From positions 1 to 64,000 of IMG/VR virus record IMGVR_UViG_3300023184_007611: a stretch of DNA of 64,000 nucleotides; one strand, 5' to 3'. Source of the DNA: a virus. Position 1 is the first letter of the stretch. Each line of letters starts with the position of its first letter. Under the pieces are notes generated by a model that was not told where the DNA came from, did no database searches, and saw only the letters and a program-made list of their open reading frames with translations. Below are positions 1 to 10,211 of this stretch, piece by piece. Made by a program: the position numbers and the translations under genes.

Positions 1-142
1 CAGTAGTGGAAGAACCAGTAGTGGAAGAACCAGTAGTGGAAGAACCAGTAGTGGAAGAACCAGTAGTGGAAGAACCAGTAGTGGAAGAACCAGTAGTGGA
101 AGAACCAGTAGTGGAAGAACCAGTAGTGGAAGAACCAGTAGT
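1..142 (+). repeat. Perfect 15-bp tandem repeat CAGTAGTGGAAGAAC (9 full copies plus a partial; runs off the window)
   Basis: Identical units start at 1, 16, ... 121. Confidence 0.97.
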
Positions 143-170
143 TACCACTACGCCTACACCAGAAGGATAA
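1..170 (+). CDS. 3' end of a gene with (PVVEE)n acidic repeat, ending PVVTTTPTPEG* (partial)
   Basis: Open frame from base 3 to TAA at 168-170, directly before the RCC1 gene start at 172. Confidence 0.8.
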   Translation, partial: VVEEPVVEEPVVEEPVVEEPVVEEPVVEEPVVEEPVVEEPVVEEPVVTTTPTPEG

Positions 171-171
171 T

Positions 172-1398
172 ATGGCAGTTACAGGAAGCATCACAACTAG
201 ATTCATAGATGAGAAAGGTGTCGATCTTGGAAAGACCTTGATCGAGAAGGACTACCTCATATCCGTATACCCAAATCTACTAAACCAATTCGATACTCCC
301 ATGCTGATGACTTGGGGAAGAAATGGTAGTGGTCAATTGGGCGATAATACCTTTACACAAAAAGATTCACCAGTACAGACAATTGCTTATGGTGCAAATT
401 GGAAACAGGTGTCTGGTGGATATGGATATATTGCAGCAATAAAAACTGATGGAACTCTTTGGTGCTGGGGGTCCAATTCATACGGACAATTAGGTGATAA
501 CACAGTAACTTCAAGATCATCTCCAGTCCAAACAGTAACTTTTGGCACAAATTGGAAAAGTGTTGCTTCTGGAAGGTTTCATACAGCAGCAATAAAAACT
601 GATGGCACTTTGTGGATGTGGGGTAGAAACTCAAATGGTAGATTAGGTGATAATACAGCAACAAATAGATCATCGCCAGTCCAAACAGTTGCTTTTGGAA
701 CAAACTGGAAACAAGTTGCTTGTGGACATTTTCATACAACATCTGTAAAAAATGACGGAACGCTTTGGCTTTGGGGAAATAATGGATATGGGCAATTAGG
801 AGACAACACAGTTACGGCAAGAAGTTCTCCAGTTCAAACAATAACTTTTGGAACTAATTGGAGTTCGGTTTCTGCTAATCATCAAACAGCAGCAGTCAAA
901 ATGGATGGAACTTTATGGCTTTGGGGTAGAAATTACCAAGGACAGCTTGGTGACAATACTGCAACAAATAAATCATCGCCAGTTCAAACGGTAGCCTTCG
1001 GCACAAATTGGAAGCAAGTTTCTTGTGGATCATCTTACACATCGTGTGTAAAAAATGATGGCACACTTTGGCTTTGGGGGTACAACAATAGTTGTCAACT
1101 AGGAGACAATACTGCGACAAATAGAAGCTCTCCAGTTCAAACAATTGCTTATGGAACAAATTGGAAACAAGTTTGTGCTACTCCTATGGGACTCTTTATA
1201 TCATTTGGATATCATACAGTAGCTACAAAGACAGATGGAACTCTTTGGACTTGGGGATATAATCCCGATGGGAGACTTGGCGACAACACAACAACAAACA
1301 GATCGTCACCAGTACAAACTATTTTATATGGACAAAACTGGAAAAGTATATCATGTGGATATGGATTTACAGCAGCAATAAAGGACGGTGACTTTTGA
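172..1398 (+). CDS. RCC1/BLIP-II-like beta-propeller repeat protein
   Basis: About seven ~51-aa repeats: IKTDGTLWxWGxNxxGQLGDNT...SSPVQT...NWKQV. Confidence 0.93.
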   Translation: MAVTGSITTRFIDEKGVDLGKTLIEKDYLISVYPNLLNQFDTPMLMTWGRNGSGQLGDNTFTQKDSPVQTIAYGANWKQVSGGYGYIAAIKTDGTLWCWGSNSYGQLGDNTVTSRSSPVQTVTFGTNWKSVASGRFHTAAIKTDGTLWMWGRNSNGRLGDNTATNRSSPVQTVAFGTNWKQVACGHFHTTSVKNDGTLWLWGNNGYGQLGDNTVTARSSPVQTITFGTNWSSVSANHQTAAVKMDGTLWLWGRNYQGQLGDNTATNKSSPVQTVAFGTNWKQVSCGSSYTSCVKNDGTLWLWGYNNSCQLGDNTATNRSSPVQTIAYGTNWKQVCATPMGLFISFGYHTVATKTDGTLWTWGYNPDGRLGDNTTTNRSSPVQTILYGQNWKSISCGYGFTAAIKDGDF

Positions 1399-1898
1399 TC
1401 ATACAGATAGAAAATTTCTACAACACGCAAAATCTATATGAAGTGGTAAAAGACCTCCAGTTCAAGGAGAACACTTACGGAGAAGAAATCGTAGACTTCA
1501 ACCTAGTTCCAGAAAACCTGCACAAAGTCTTTGGCGAAATCCTCAATCAAGAAGTTGTCATCACGAAGGATTCTGGAGTGCTGAGGAAACCATTCGAGAA
1601 CATACACTTCGAAAGTTTCAACCAGAACAGCCTTTGGGTCTGCGTCATACCACTTGAGAAGACCACATTCAAACTGCACAGACACAAGGAAAAGAACTAC
1701 TCCAATGTAATGCAGGTGCAGGAAGAACTGCAAGGATTCATAAAGGAAAACTGCTTCGACAAGGAAAAATGGAATGACTCAGCCACATTTGAACTGAATG
1801 AAGGCGACATGGTGATGTTTAAGCCTTTTTTGTGGCACTCAATTTCCAAGAATCTTGTGAAGGTTTTCTATCTGGAGGCATATGGCAACACCATTTAG
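1395..1898 (+). CDS. 2OG-Fe(II) oxygenase-like protein (DUF6445-like)
   Basis: HxE motif (IHFE) and distal LWHS in a beta-rich region; TTG start overlaps the upstream stop. Confidence 0.5.
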   Translation: MIIQIENFYNTQNLYEVVKDLQFKENTYGEEIVDFNLVPENLHKVFGEILNQEVVITKDSGVLRKPFENIHFESFNQNSLWVCVIPLEKTTFKLHRHKEKNYSNVMQVQEELQGFIKENCFDKEKWNDSATFELNEGDMVMFKPFLWHSISKNLVKVFYLEAYGNTI

Positions 1899-3051
1899 AT
1901 TCAAGAATGCCGATAATACTACAGTAGATTTCGAAGACTATTATGTTCGTGCTGATTATTTCAGAAGCGGGAATCTGTGGATTTGGGGATATAATTTTTA
2001 CGGTCAGATTGGCGATAATACAACTGCAAGCAAATCATCTCCAGTACAGACAATTGCTTGGGGATCAAACTGGAAAGAAATTTCTTCTAGTCAGTATTTC
2101 ACAGTAGCGATAAAGACAGACGGTACTTTGTGGTGTTGGGGTATTAACAACAACGGAAATCTTGGTGACAACACAATTGTAAACAAACAATCACCAGTTC
2201 AAACATGTACCTTTGGTACAAACTGGAAGGAAGTTTCCTCTACTGATTCAGTAGCAGCAGCAATAAAGACAGATGGTACTTTGTGGTGTTGGGGATATAA
2301 TGGTGGAGCAATTGGCGACAATACAACAACACCTAGATCGTCACCAGTTCAAACATGTACCTTTGGTACAAACTGGAAACAAGTTGCTTGTGGAACTCAA
2401 CATGTAACAGCTATAAAGACAGATGGTACATTGTGGTGTTGGGGAACAAATTATCCTTACGGTCAATTGGGCGACAATACAAGTATACCAAGAAGTTCAC
2501 CTGTTCAAACAATTACTTTTGGCACAAATTGGAAGCAAGTTTCTTGTGGAGTTGGAAGCACAGCAGCAATAAAGACAGATGGTACATTGTGGTGTTGGGG
2601 AAGAGGAGATTATGGTCAATTAGGCGACAATACATCAGTAAATAGATCATCTCCAGTTCAAACAATTGCAGGTGGTACAAACTGGAAACAAGTTTCTGCT
2701 GGATATGAACACACAGCAGCAATAAAAAACGATGGTACACTATGGCTTTGGGGATATAATTACAAGGGTCAACTAGGAGATAATACTACATTATTCAGAA
2801 GTTCACCAGTTCAAACAATTGCCAGAGGCACAAATTGGAAACAAGTTTCTTGTGGTGGAGCAACCACAGCAATAAAGACAGACGGAACTTTGTGGGTTTG
2901 GGGAAGAAATGCTTATGGTCAATTGGGTGACAACACAAGAACAGATAGAAGCTCTCCAGTGCAAACTATAATGTATGGAACAAACTGGCAAAAAACTACT
3001 GGTAAAGTGTATAACACAGCAGCGATACAATACCAAGATGACTATCAATAG
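1882..3051 (+). CDS. RCC1/BLIP-II-like beta-propeller repeat protein
   Basis: Same repeat consensus as 172..1398. Confidence 0.93.
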   Translation: MATPFRFKNADNTTVDFEDYYVRADYFRSGNLWIWGYNFYGQIGDNTTASKSSPVQTIAWGSNWKEISSSQYFTVAIKTDGTLWCWGINNNGNLGDNTIVNKQSPVQTCTFGTNWKEVSSTDSVAAAIKTDGTLWCWGYNGGAIGDNTTTPRSSPVQTCTFGTNWKQVACGTQHVTAIKTDGTLWCWGTNYPYGQLGDNTSIPRSSPVQTITFGTNWKQVSCGVGSTAAIKTDGTLWCWGRGDYGQLGDNTSVNRSSPVQTIAGGTNWKQVSAGYEHTAAIKNDGTLWLWGYNYKGQLGDNTTLFRSSPVQTIARGTNWKQVSCGGATTAIKTDGTLWVWGRNAYGQLGDNTRTDRSSPVQTIMYGTNWQKTTGKVYNTAAIQYQDDYQ

Positions 3052-3445
3052 GGAATGTGGAGATTGCAATGCCTGTTGCATCTGGCTAAAAGGCGAATCC
3101 TACAGCCACGAATTTGGTGGAGGAAAACCATGCCATTTCCTCAAAGGAAATTGCTCAATATACGAAACCAGACCAGAAGTCTGCAAAACCTACCAGTGTG
3201 CTTGGCTCCAAGGTCTTTTCTCCGAAAACCTCAAACCAGACAAGTCAAAAGTAATCATATCAGTCGAAAACTGGAGCAAAGGTCAATTCCTCAGAGCCAT
3301 GGAAATGGGCAAGAAAATGGATGATGATGTCCTGATAGAAATCCAAACATTCTGCCAAACACACAACTGCCCAGCAATAATCCAATATGACGGCAAAATC
3401 TTCATAAATGGACCAGATGAATTCATAAAAGAAAAAACCACATAA
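3038..3445 (+). CDS. YkgJ-like CxxCxxCC cysteine-cluster (Fe-S/Zn) protein
   Basis: CGDCNACC...PCHFL...CSIYETRPEVCKTYQC; start moved to ATG 3038. Confidence 0.8.
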   Translation: MTINRECGDCNACCIWLKGESYSHEFGGGKPCHFLKGNCSIYETRPEVCKTYQCAWLQGLFSENLKPDKSKVIISVENWSKGQFLRAMEMGKKMDDDVLIEIQTFCQTHNCPAIIQYDGKIFINGPDEFIKEKTT

Positions 3446-3521
3446 TCCATATCTCAGTCTGCCTAACATATAGACGCAAATCCAATCCATATCTCAGTCT
3501 GGCGAACATATAGAAACAAAT
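3444..3521. repeat. Two imperfect 38-bp direct repeats, 40-bp period
   Basis: aatccatatctcagtctg(cct/gcg)aacatataga(cg/aa)caaat at 3444 and 3484. Confidence 0.9.
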
Positions 3522-3551
3522 TTGCCAAAATCAACCCTCCTATCTTATAAT
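3522..3551 (+). promoter_or_regulatory. sigma70-like promoter TTGCCA-N18-TATAAT
   Basis: Upstream of the AAGGA RBS and ATG 3601. Confidence 0.5.
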
Positions 3552-3600
3552 AATAACAAGGACAATTACGAAAGAATTAGTCATTACAACAAGGACAAAT

Positions 3601-4143
3601 ATGAAGATCAATATTGGCGGTGGACTAAAAAGATTTGATGGATTCGTAAATGTAGACGCAGATCCAAACACCAAACCAGAATACCTCCACAACCTAGAAA
3701 CAGAAAAACTTCCATTCGAAGACAGCACAGTAGAGGAAGTCAAAGCACACCATATCCTAGAACATATTCATGATTTGGGTCATGTCATAAAAGAAATATA
3801 TCGAGTATGCAAAAATGGTGCAGTAGTAGACATAGCTTTCCCACACCACTTTGCAAGGAACTTCTTTGGGGATTATACCCACTGTCGTGCTTTGACTGTA
3901 GAAATGTTCAAACAATTTAGCAAGAAATACTGCCTTTGGCACCAAGAAACCTATGGAAGTTCAAGCGGACATGCCATCACTCACAATGTTGACTTTGAAG
4001 TTTTGGACTACAACTATTCAATCCATGCAGACTATGCCCAACTTGAAGCTGAAGGCAAATATGAGGAAATCGCAAGATATGCAGAACACCTTGTAAATGT
4101 TTATCAAGATGTTTTTATCAAATTAATAGTTATAAAGGAATAA
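3601..4143 (+). CDS. Class I SAM-dependent methyltransferase (type 11-like)
   Basis: KINIGGG, NVD, LPFEDSTVEE, HILEH, EIYRVCK motifs. Confidence 0.85.
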   Translation: MKINIGGGLKRFDGFVNVDADPNTKPEYLHNLETEKLPFEDSTVEEVKAHHILEHIHDLGHVIKEIYRVCKNGAVVDIAFPHHFARNFFGDYTHCRALTVEMFKQFSKKYCLWHQETYGSSSGHAITHNVDFEVLDYNYSIHADYAQLEAEGKYEEIARYAEHLVNVYQDVFIKLIVIKE

Positions 4144-4146
4144 CAC

Positions 4147-5571
4147 ATGAAAAAAGAAGAAAATGTTGGTGTTAATGATCTTGAGCCATTCGTAATGACA
4201 CTCAAGAATTTAGGTGCAAAGAGTCTTGCCAAACAAGTGCTTGATGTGTTTGCTAAAAACGCTTTCTCGTTTGAGCAACAAGATAACATCAGTAAATGCT
4301 ATTTCAAACTGCAACATTACGAAGAAGCCATAAAGCATGGTGAAAAGGCACTTGTAAACGCACACAGCCCACAACTGATGTATGTGACTAGGTTCAATCT
4401 AATAAATCTTTATAATCACAACAACGAACCCGAAAAGGCATTGACCTACATCAATGCTAATGAAAAGCTGATTCCGATGGATTATGATTTGCAACTGGAA
4501 AAAGCATATGCTCTATTCCTTTCAAACAGGAAAACAGAAGCTGAAGAAATATTACACCATGTTCTTGCTAATTATAAAGAACTTCCAGAAGAAACCGCAC
4601 TCAAAATCAAATTCAATCTTGGCACATATTACCTTTACAGAGATAAATTCCAAGAAGGATTGAGGCACTTTATTCTTGATGGTGCAAAGATGAGATTGTG
4701 GAACTGCGAGACAATTTTCTCAAGGAACAAGAAGTTAAATCTTCCTTTCTGGGAAGGTTCTCCAGATGTTAAAAATTTGGTAATTTATGCAGAAGCGGGA
4801 AGTGGAGACGAGATCATTAACATAAGGTTCATGAAGCATCTCAAGGAAAGAGGAATTAATGCTTATTGGTATGCAGTTTGGCACAAGGAAGAATGGAAGA
4901 ATGAAAGAAAAGGACTTCTTGAGATATTTAAGAATAGTGGATTCCCTGTAATTACGAATTTGGAAGAATTGAAGGATATTCCAGACTTAAAGTGGACATA
5001 TTCAATGCATCTTCCTATCTATCTAAATCTTGAGTATAAAGACCTATGGGATAAGCCCTATATTTCGTCTTCTAAGGAATACGATGATAAGTGCAAGTTA
5101 GATGGAAAGTCGCCAAAAATAGGCATCAGGTGGGCTGGTTCACCTTTATATGATCATGATTTGCATCGTTCTTATCCTGTTAAAGAGTTATATGAAGTTT
5201 TGAAAGATGTGGATGGAACATTTTATAGCTTACAGAGGGATGATAATCTTGAGCAAATCAAGGATTTCCCCAATTTGATTGATTTATCTGAAAAAATGGA
5301 TTCTTTTCAAGAGACTTTGGGCTTTATTAAAAATCTTGATTTTGTTATAACAAGTTGCACTTCTATAGCACATTTGGCAGCAAGTTTTGGGAAGGAAGTA
5401 TTTATAATGGTTCCAATTTCTGCTTATTATGTTTGGAGTCATAGTGGTGACAAGTCTCCTTGGTATGGTGACAATGTCACACTTCTGAGGCAGGAAAAGC
5501 CAAGATGTTGGAAAGCACCATTGGAGAAATTAAGGAAGATATTGATTGAGAAAAAACTTTTAAAGCAGTAA
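4147..5571 (+). CDS. TPR-repeat plus GT9-like (GT-B) glycosyltransferase
   Basis: Helical TPR N-half; EAGSGDEI, IGIRWAGS, LDFVITSCTSIAHLAA, SPWY motifs. Confidence 0.85.
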   Translation: MKKEENVGVNDLEPFVMTLKNLGAKSLAKQVLDVFAKNAFSFEQQDNISKCYFKLQHYEEAIKHGEKALVNAHSPQLMYVTRFNLINLYNHNNEPEKALTYINANEKLIPMDYDLQLEKAYALFLSNRKTEAEEILHHVLANYKELPEETALKIKFNLGTYYLYRDKFQEGLRHFILDGAKMRLWNCETIFSRNKKLNLPFWEGSPDVKNLVIYAEAGSGDEIINIRFMKHLKERGINAYWYAVWHKEEWKNERKGLLEIFKNSGFPVITNLEELKDIPDLKWTYSMHLPIYLNLEYKDLWDKPYISSSKEYDDKCKLDGKSPKIGIRWAGSPLYDHDLHRSYPVKELYEVLKDVDGTFYSLQRDDNLEQIKDFPNLIDLSEKMDSFQETLGFIKNLDFVITSCTSIAHLAASFGKEVFIMVPISAYYVWSHSGDKSPWYGDNVTLLRQEKPRCWKAPLEKLRKILIEKKLLKQ

Positions 5572-5599
5572 ATATGATATATTTACTGAAGGATTTATT

Positions 5600-7450
5600 A
5601 TGCTGATCCTAGAAAAGTTGGACAAACCATTTGAGAAAATTAAAGCTCGTGAATCAATTGTTTTCACTTGTGATTATTGTGGAGATGAGTCTAATAAAAA
5701 AAAATATAGTTATGTGAATTCTCGTAAAATAATTGAAAAAGATTGCTGTTCCAACAGAGTCTGTGTAGCAAAAAAAATTAAAGAATCTAATTTAAAAGTA
5801 CATGGTGTTGAATATAACTTTCAAAGAAAAGATATAATAAATAAAATCAAAGATACTTGCATGAAAAAATTTGGTGTTGAACATGCAAGTAAATTATCGG
5901 AAACACAAGAAAAAAAGAAACAAACAAATTTAAAAAAATATGGATACGAACATGTTTCTTCCTCACCAGAAATCAAAGAAAAAGTAAAACAAACATGCTT
6001 GGAAAGATTTGGTGTCGAATATTCTTTGCAATCACCAGAAGTTAAAGAAAAATCAAGACAAACTAATATTGAAAAATATGGACATGAACATGCCATGCAA
6101 TCCCCAGAAATATTAGAAAAAACTAGACAAACAAACATTGAAAAATATGGTGTTGAGTATCAAATAAGTTCTTTGGAAACAAGAGAAAAAATAAAGCAAA
6201 CTAATATTCAGAGATATGGTGTAGAAAATCCAAATCAACGACCAGAAATATTAGAAAAAACCAGAGAAACAAATATTGAAAGATATGGCGTTGAGTACAT
6301 TATGCAATCTTCGGAAATGAAAGAAAAAGCAAGACAAACGAGTCTTGAAAAATTCGGACACGATCATGCTTCTTCCTCACCAGAGATCCAAGAGAAAGTA
6401 AGACAAACGAACTTAGAAAGGTTTGGACATGAATACGCTTCTTCTTCACCAGAATTCAAAGAAAAAGTAAGACAGACATGTTTGGAAAGATTTGGATACG
6501 AAAACCCTTTCCTTTCGCCAGAGATTCAAGAAAAAGTAAGACAAACAAATATAGAACGCTATGGATCTGCATATCCAACACATAAATTTGGCAAGACTCA
6601 AAAAGAAATACAAGACTGGTTGAATTCTTTTGGTTTTAACTTTCAATCAGATCATACAGTTTTAGGTAGCAAAGAGATTGATTTATATGATTCTAAATTA
6701 AACTTTGCTATAGAATATTGTGGATTGCACTGGCATCATGAAAACTCACCTCAACCAAGACCAAGTAACTACCACATCAGTAAGTTTAATATTTGTAAAG
6801 AAAAAGGCATTCAACTTATAACGATTTTCGAAGATGAATGGCTGAACAATCAAGAAGTAATCAAAAGTGTAATCCTTAGTAAACTTGGAGTTTTTGAAAA
6901 AAGACTTTATGCAAGAAAGTGTATAGCAAAAGAAATAAGTAAAAAAGATTTTACTGATTTCTGTGATAAACATCATGTACAAGGTGGTAATTCTTTAGCG
7001 AAAGTATGTTTTGGTTTATATTACGAAGATGAATTAATTGGTGTAATGGATTTAGGTGTCCATCATCGCAAACAAACAAAAGGTGAAATGGTTTTAACTC
7101 GTTTATGTTTTAAGGCTGGTCATCAGATAGTTGGTGGTGCAAGTAAACTATTTTCACATTGTGTAAATTGGTGCAAGAATAATGGAATCAAGAAGATAAT
7201 AAGTTGGAGTGATAGTAGGTGGAGCAATGGTTCTATTTATAAAAATTTAAATTTTAAATTAGAAGAAGAATTAGGTTCTGATTATGCATATGTGAATATG
7301 AGCTATCCAAAAGAAAGAATAAGCAAACAGAGTCAAATGAAATGCAATACTGGCTGTCCTAAAGATATAAGTGAAAAAGAATGGGCATTACAAAATGGAT
7401 TGAGCAGGATATGGGATTGCGGTAAAGTCAGGTGGGCATTTAATGTTTGA
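5600..7450 (+). CDS. Putative homing endonuclease with Zn-finger, ~24-aa KxRQTNxExYG repeats and C-terminal nuclease region
   Basis: CDYC; about 11 repeats; EIDLY...AIEYCG, ITIFEDEW, RIWDCG. Confidence 0.75.
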   Translation: MLILEKLDKPFEKIKARESIVFTCDYCGDESNKKKYSYVNSRKIIEKDCCSNRVCVAKKIKESNLKVHGVEYNFQRKDIINKIKDTCMKKFGVEHASKLSETQEKKKQTNLKKYGYEHVSSSPEIKEKVKQTCLERFGVEYSLQSPEVKEKSRQTNIEKYGHEHAMQSPEILEKTRQTNIEKYGVEYQISSLETREKIKQTNIQRYGVENPNQRPEILEKTRETNIERYGVEYIMQSSEMKEKARQTSLEKFGHDHASSSPEIQEKVRQTNLERFGHEYASSSPEFKEKVRQTCLERFGYENPFLSPEIQEKVRQTNIERYGSAYPTHKFGKTQKEIQDWLNSFGFNFQSDHTVLGSKEIDLYDSKLNFAIEYCGLHWHHENSPQPRPSNYHISKFNICKEKGIQLITIFEDEWLNNQEVIKSVILSKLGVFEKRLYARKCIAKEISKKDFTDFCDKHHVQGGNSLAKVCFGLYYEDELIGVMDLGVHHRKQTKGEMVLTRLCFKAGHQIVGGASKLFSHCVNWCKNNGIKKIISWSDSRWSNGSIYKNLNFKLEEELGSDYAYVNMSYPKERISKQSQMKCNTGCPKDISEKEWALQNGLSRIWDCGKVRWAFNV

Positions 7451-7465
7451 CAAGAAACTTTTAAA

Positions 7466-7669
7466 ATGATAAATTCTTATTACGACTATTCTGATTTTCA
7501 ATTTAGTTTTTTTTATTTTTTGTTTTGGCTTTCTGGTAAAATTGAAAAATTAATGAAAAACGAATATTACATTTTGTTCTTGGTGATAGCAATGATTTTC
7601 GTGTTGCAAATTGGTGTTCCTTTGATTGTAGATTATTTTATAATGGAAGATAAAAATGATGATAACTGA
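7466..7669 (+). CDS. Small membrane protein (start may be further downstream)
   Basis: Hydrophobic segment YYILFLVIAMIFVLQIGVPLIV. Confidence 0.45.
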   Translation: MINSYYDYSDFQFSFFYFLFWLSGKIEKLMKNEYYILFLVIAMIFVLQIGVPLIVDYFIMEDKNDDN

Positions 7670-8720
7670 AGAAGAGCCGATGTATGTCTCGGTAGAAATG
7701 AATCTTTATTCATTCGACATCTATAAGATTGTACTTTATGGACTTGAGCTACACCCTGCTGGTAAAGAAGGAACGATGTGCCTTACCAAAATAGAGTCTA
7801 TAGACAGTAGTAGGATTTCCGAAGAAATAATTGTTGTGAAGGCATGGTCTGAAAAGTTAGAACCTGCATCTTTAGTTTCAATAGAATTGCCGATGAAGCA
7901 TTTTGATAAAATTATTTTGATGGGTTTGCAAAGATATTTTGGTAAATCTGTCTATACGGCTAATCTTGTAGGTGTATTTCATCTTGTCAATTCAATTCTT
8001 TCTTCGTATGTTTTGAAAGTAATTCTTAGGGGCGAATTAGACAAAACAGACCAAGAAAAATCTGCCTCACAAATACTTGAGATGGCTTATCCTGAATTAT
8101 CTCAAAAAGATAGAAATAATAAACTGAATGCGGAATTGGATAAAATTAAGGGAGATGAGGCATCACAAAGCGAATTTAGGGATCATGATGCATTTATTGG
8201 TAAAGAATGGAATTCAGGATTAACAGGAGTAGTAGGACATCTTGGAAAAGAAGGGGAGGCTGGAAAAAGCCCACAGCAATATATAGCTGAACTCGAAAGG
8301 GCTATGCTTGATAATAGCGAATGCAATCTTGAGATTCAAAAACATCAAAAAGAATACATTGAAGAACTTAAAAAGATTATTGACACCACTAATAATTATA
8401 ATATTGAGCTTCAATCATATCATGGTTTACTGGAGATGCTAGTCGAGCGATACGAAAAAGCGATATTAGAGCATAAAAAAGAAACGACACAGCATTGGAA
8501 AAATCTTGGAATTGATGAAGTTCAGATACCAGATTTGGAAATGAACAAAAAGCTGTGGTCAGAAATTTATAATCCAGAAATTGCAAGGACAAAAACTGTG
8601 ACCAAAGATCTAGAAAAAGAAAACGCAGATTTAAAAGTCAAATTGAAAATGGCTTTAGGATTGCTTTCCGTTAGAGAAAAAATGTTGGTAAACTTAGAAG
8701 AAAGTAGTTCGCCACATTAA
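7656..8720 (+). CDS. Hypothetical protein, coiled-coil C-terminus
   Basis: Long ORF in a co-directional run. Confidence 0.7.
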   Translation: MMITEEEPMYVSVEMNLYSFDIYKIVLYGLELHPAGKEGTMCLTKIESIDSSRISEEIIVVKAWSEKLEPASLVSIELPMKHFDKIILMGLQRYFGKSVYTANLVGVFHLVNSILSSYVLKVILRGELDKTDQEKSASQILEMAYPELSQKDRNNKLNAELDKIKGDEASQSEFRDHDAFIGKEWNSGLTGVVGHLGKEGEAGKSPQQYIAELERAMLDNSECNLEIQKHQKEYIEELKKIIDTTNNYNIELQSYHGLLEMLVERYEKAILEHKKETTQHWKNLGIDEVQIPDLEMNKKLWSEIYNPEIARTKTVTKDLEKENADLKVKLKMALGLLSVREKMLVNLEESSSPH

Positions 8721-8733
8721 AAGGAGAACGATC

Positions 8734-9006
8734 ATGACAGTAAGTGATTTAAAAAAGAAGGTTTCCAAATTGGATATTTTGATTAATTGTGTTCAATATA
8801 CACACAATCCTGCTATGGCTAACAAATTGTATAATGATGAGGTTAAATTAATATTAGAAGAGCTTCAAGAAAATATGTCAACATTAGCTTGCGATTTAGT
8901 TTTAGAAATTGCAAAAGAAGACGATGCCGATGAAGGCATACTTTGGAACGCAAAAAATATTCGTGAAGAAAGAGCGAAAAAAGCAACAGGAGAAAAGCAT
9001 GAGTGA
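8734..9006 (+). CDS. Hypothetical protein
   Basis: AAGGAG RBS. Confidence 0.75.
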   Translation: MTVSDLKKKVSKLDILINCVQYTHNPAMANKLYNDEVKLILEELQENMSTLACDLVLEIAKEDDADEGILWNAKNIREERAKKATGEKHE

Positions 9007-9190
9007 CTTGGAAATAAAAATAGACAGAGAAAAAGCATTGTTGGCACTGAGTGACGCACTGGAACTAGGTAAGGGCGACCCTGAGATAGCCCATGTAAAC
9101 GCTGATAAAGTTTTATGTGAATTGCTTACAAGTCTTGGTTTTTCAGATGTAGTTGAAGAGTTTAAAAAAGTGCCTAAGTGGTACGCATAA
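8999..9190 (+). CDS. Small phage hypothetical protein (AHVNAD...LG...KWYA type)
   Basis: AGGAG RBS before ATG 8999. Confidence 0.7.
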   Translation: MSDLEIKIDREKALLALSDALELGKGDPEIAHVNADKVLCELLTSLGFSDVVEEFKKVPKWYA

Positions 9191-9220
9191 TTCAGTCGCC
9201 AAAGCAACATGAGGAAATAA

Positions 9221-9634
9221 ATGAGTGATATAGATCAAAGACCAGTAAAAGATGAATGGAAAATTGTGACCGATCCAAATGATCCAAGTATAATGAAGAT
9301 GTTTTTAAATGGTCAAGAGTTTGAGGTTAATTCTTTCGGTCTTGGGAAGCGTAACAAAAAAGGGAAATGCGTCATGAAATTAGAGGTGCTGATTGACCTC
9401 GATCAATTAACAACAACTCATGACACAAGAGAAGGACATAGTAAAGAATGGAGAGCAGTACAGGATAAATTCGTGAGCAAGATTGAAAGTAAAAGTGGTG
9501 AGTTTGATGCACATACATTGGTTGATGATCTGAGTGGTGCAATTATATTGCAAAAGGATATGACTGGTGCGGAAGTGCTTGATGCATATTTGAATGGTGT
9601 GCATGCGATTCCTATTGATCTGAACAAGGAATAA
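9221..9634 (+). CDS. Hypothetical protein
   Basis: GAGGA RBS. Confidence 0.75.
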   Translation: MSDIDQRPVKDEWKIVTDPNDPSIMKMFLNGQEFEVNSFGLGKRNKKGKCVMKLEVLIDLDQLTTTHDTREGHSKEWRAVQDKFVSKIESKSGEFDAHTLVDDLSGAIILQKDMTGAEVLDAYLNGVHAIPIDLNKE

Positions 9635-9637
9635 AAA

Positions 9638-10111
9638 ATGATATACAGAGTAATTGAAAGAACGACAAATCTATATCGTAATCAATTCACTTATTGGGAT
9701 AATAAAGTTCTTTACTGTGGCATCAACAACACACAAGCCAGAGTGACATACCTTTCGAGTAAGCCATACGACTACAATAATGGATTTGGCGAAACCGCTT
9801 CTGAAACTGTTATAGAAGAGTTTGAAAGCTATTCTAAAGATGTTAGATCAGAAGAAGTTGTCTCTTCTGAAAAAAATGAAGTAGATGAAAAAGCAGTAAA
9901 AAAAACTATTTCTGAAATAGAAAAATTTACTTGTTCTGAGACTGTTGCAATATCGTATGTTAGGCTTTCAAAAAAAGATAACGATTTAAATGTCGAAATT
10001 AAAGTTGGCGATAATTGGATTAGCGTAATAAGAGATGAATATGAAAAAGACTTTATCCACATAGTCACAGTTTCAGACCTCTCAGAAATAAATAAGAAAT
10101 TCAGGATGTAA
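9638..10111 (+). CDS. Hypothetical protein
   Basis: AAGGA RBS, co-directional. Confidence 0.7.
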   Translation: MIYRVIERTTNLYRNQFTYWDNKVLYCGINNTQARVTYLSSKPYDYNNGFGETASETVIEEFESYSKDVRSEEVVSSEKNEVDEKAVKKTISEIEKFTCSETVAISYVRLSKKDNDLNVEIKVGDNWISVIRDEYEKDFIHIVTVSDLSEINKKFRM

Positions 10112-10211
10112 AAATGCACATGGCTTTAAATCATTTAATTTTGGCATTGCTATTTTTGGCGATATTGTTTCAAATATTAATATTACTTAGTTCAAACGAT
10201 GAGATTGAAGA

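Noticed and set aside
353-2740. Short antisense and overlapping ORFs within the RCC1 genes
   Set aside because: Shadow ORFs of repetitive coding sequence with no RBS or recognisable motifs.
172-3051. Diversity-generating retroelement acting on RCC1 repeats
   Set aside because: No reverse transcriptase in the window, and no non-coding template repeat with adenine-specific mismatches was seen; the similarity is explained by blade repeats.
1-3521. Possible CRISPR arrays (15-bp repeat; 40-bp repeat)
   Set aside because: No unique spacers, only two copies of the 40-mer, the 15-mer is coding, and no cas genes are present.
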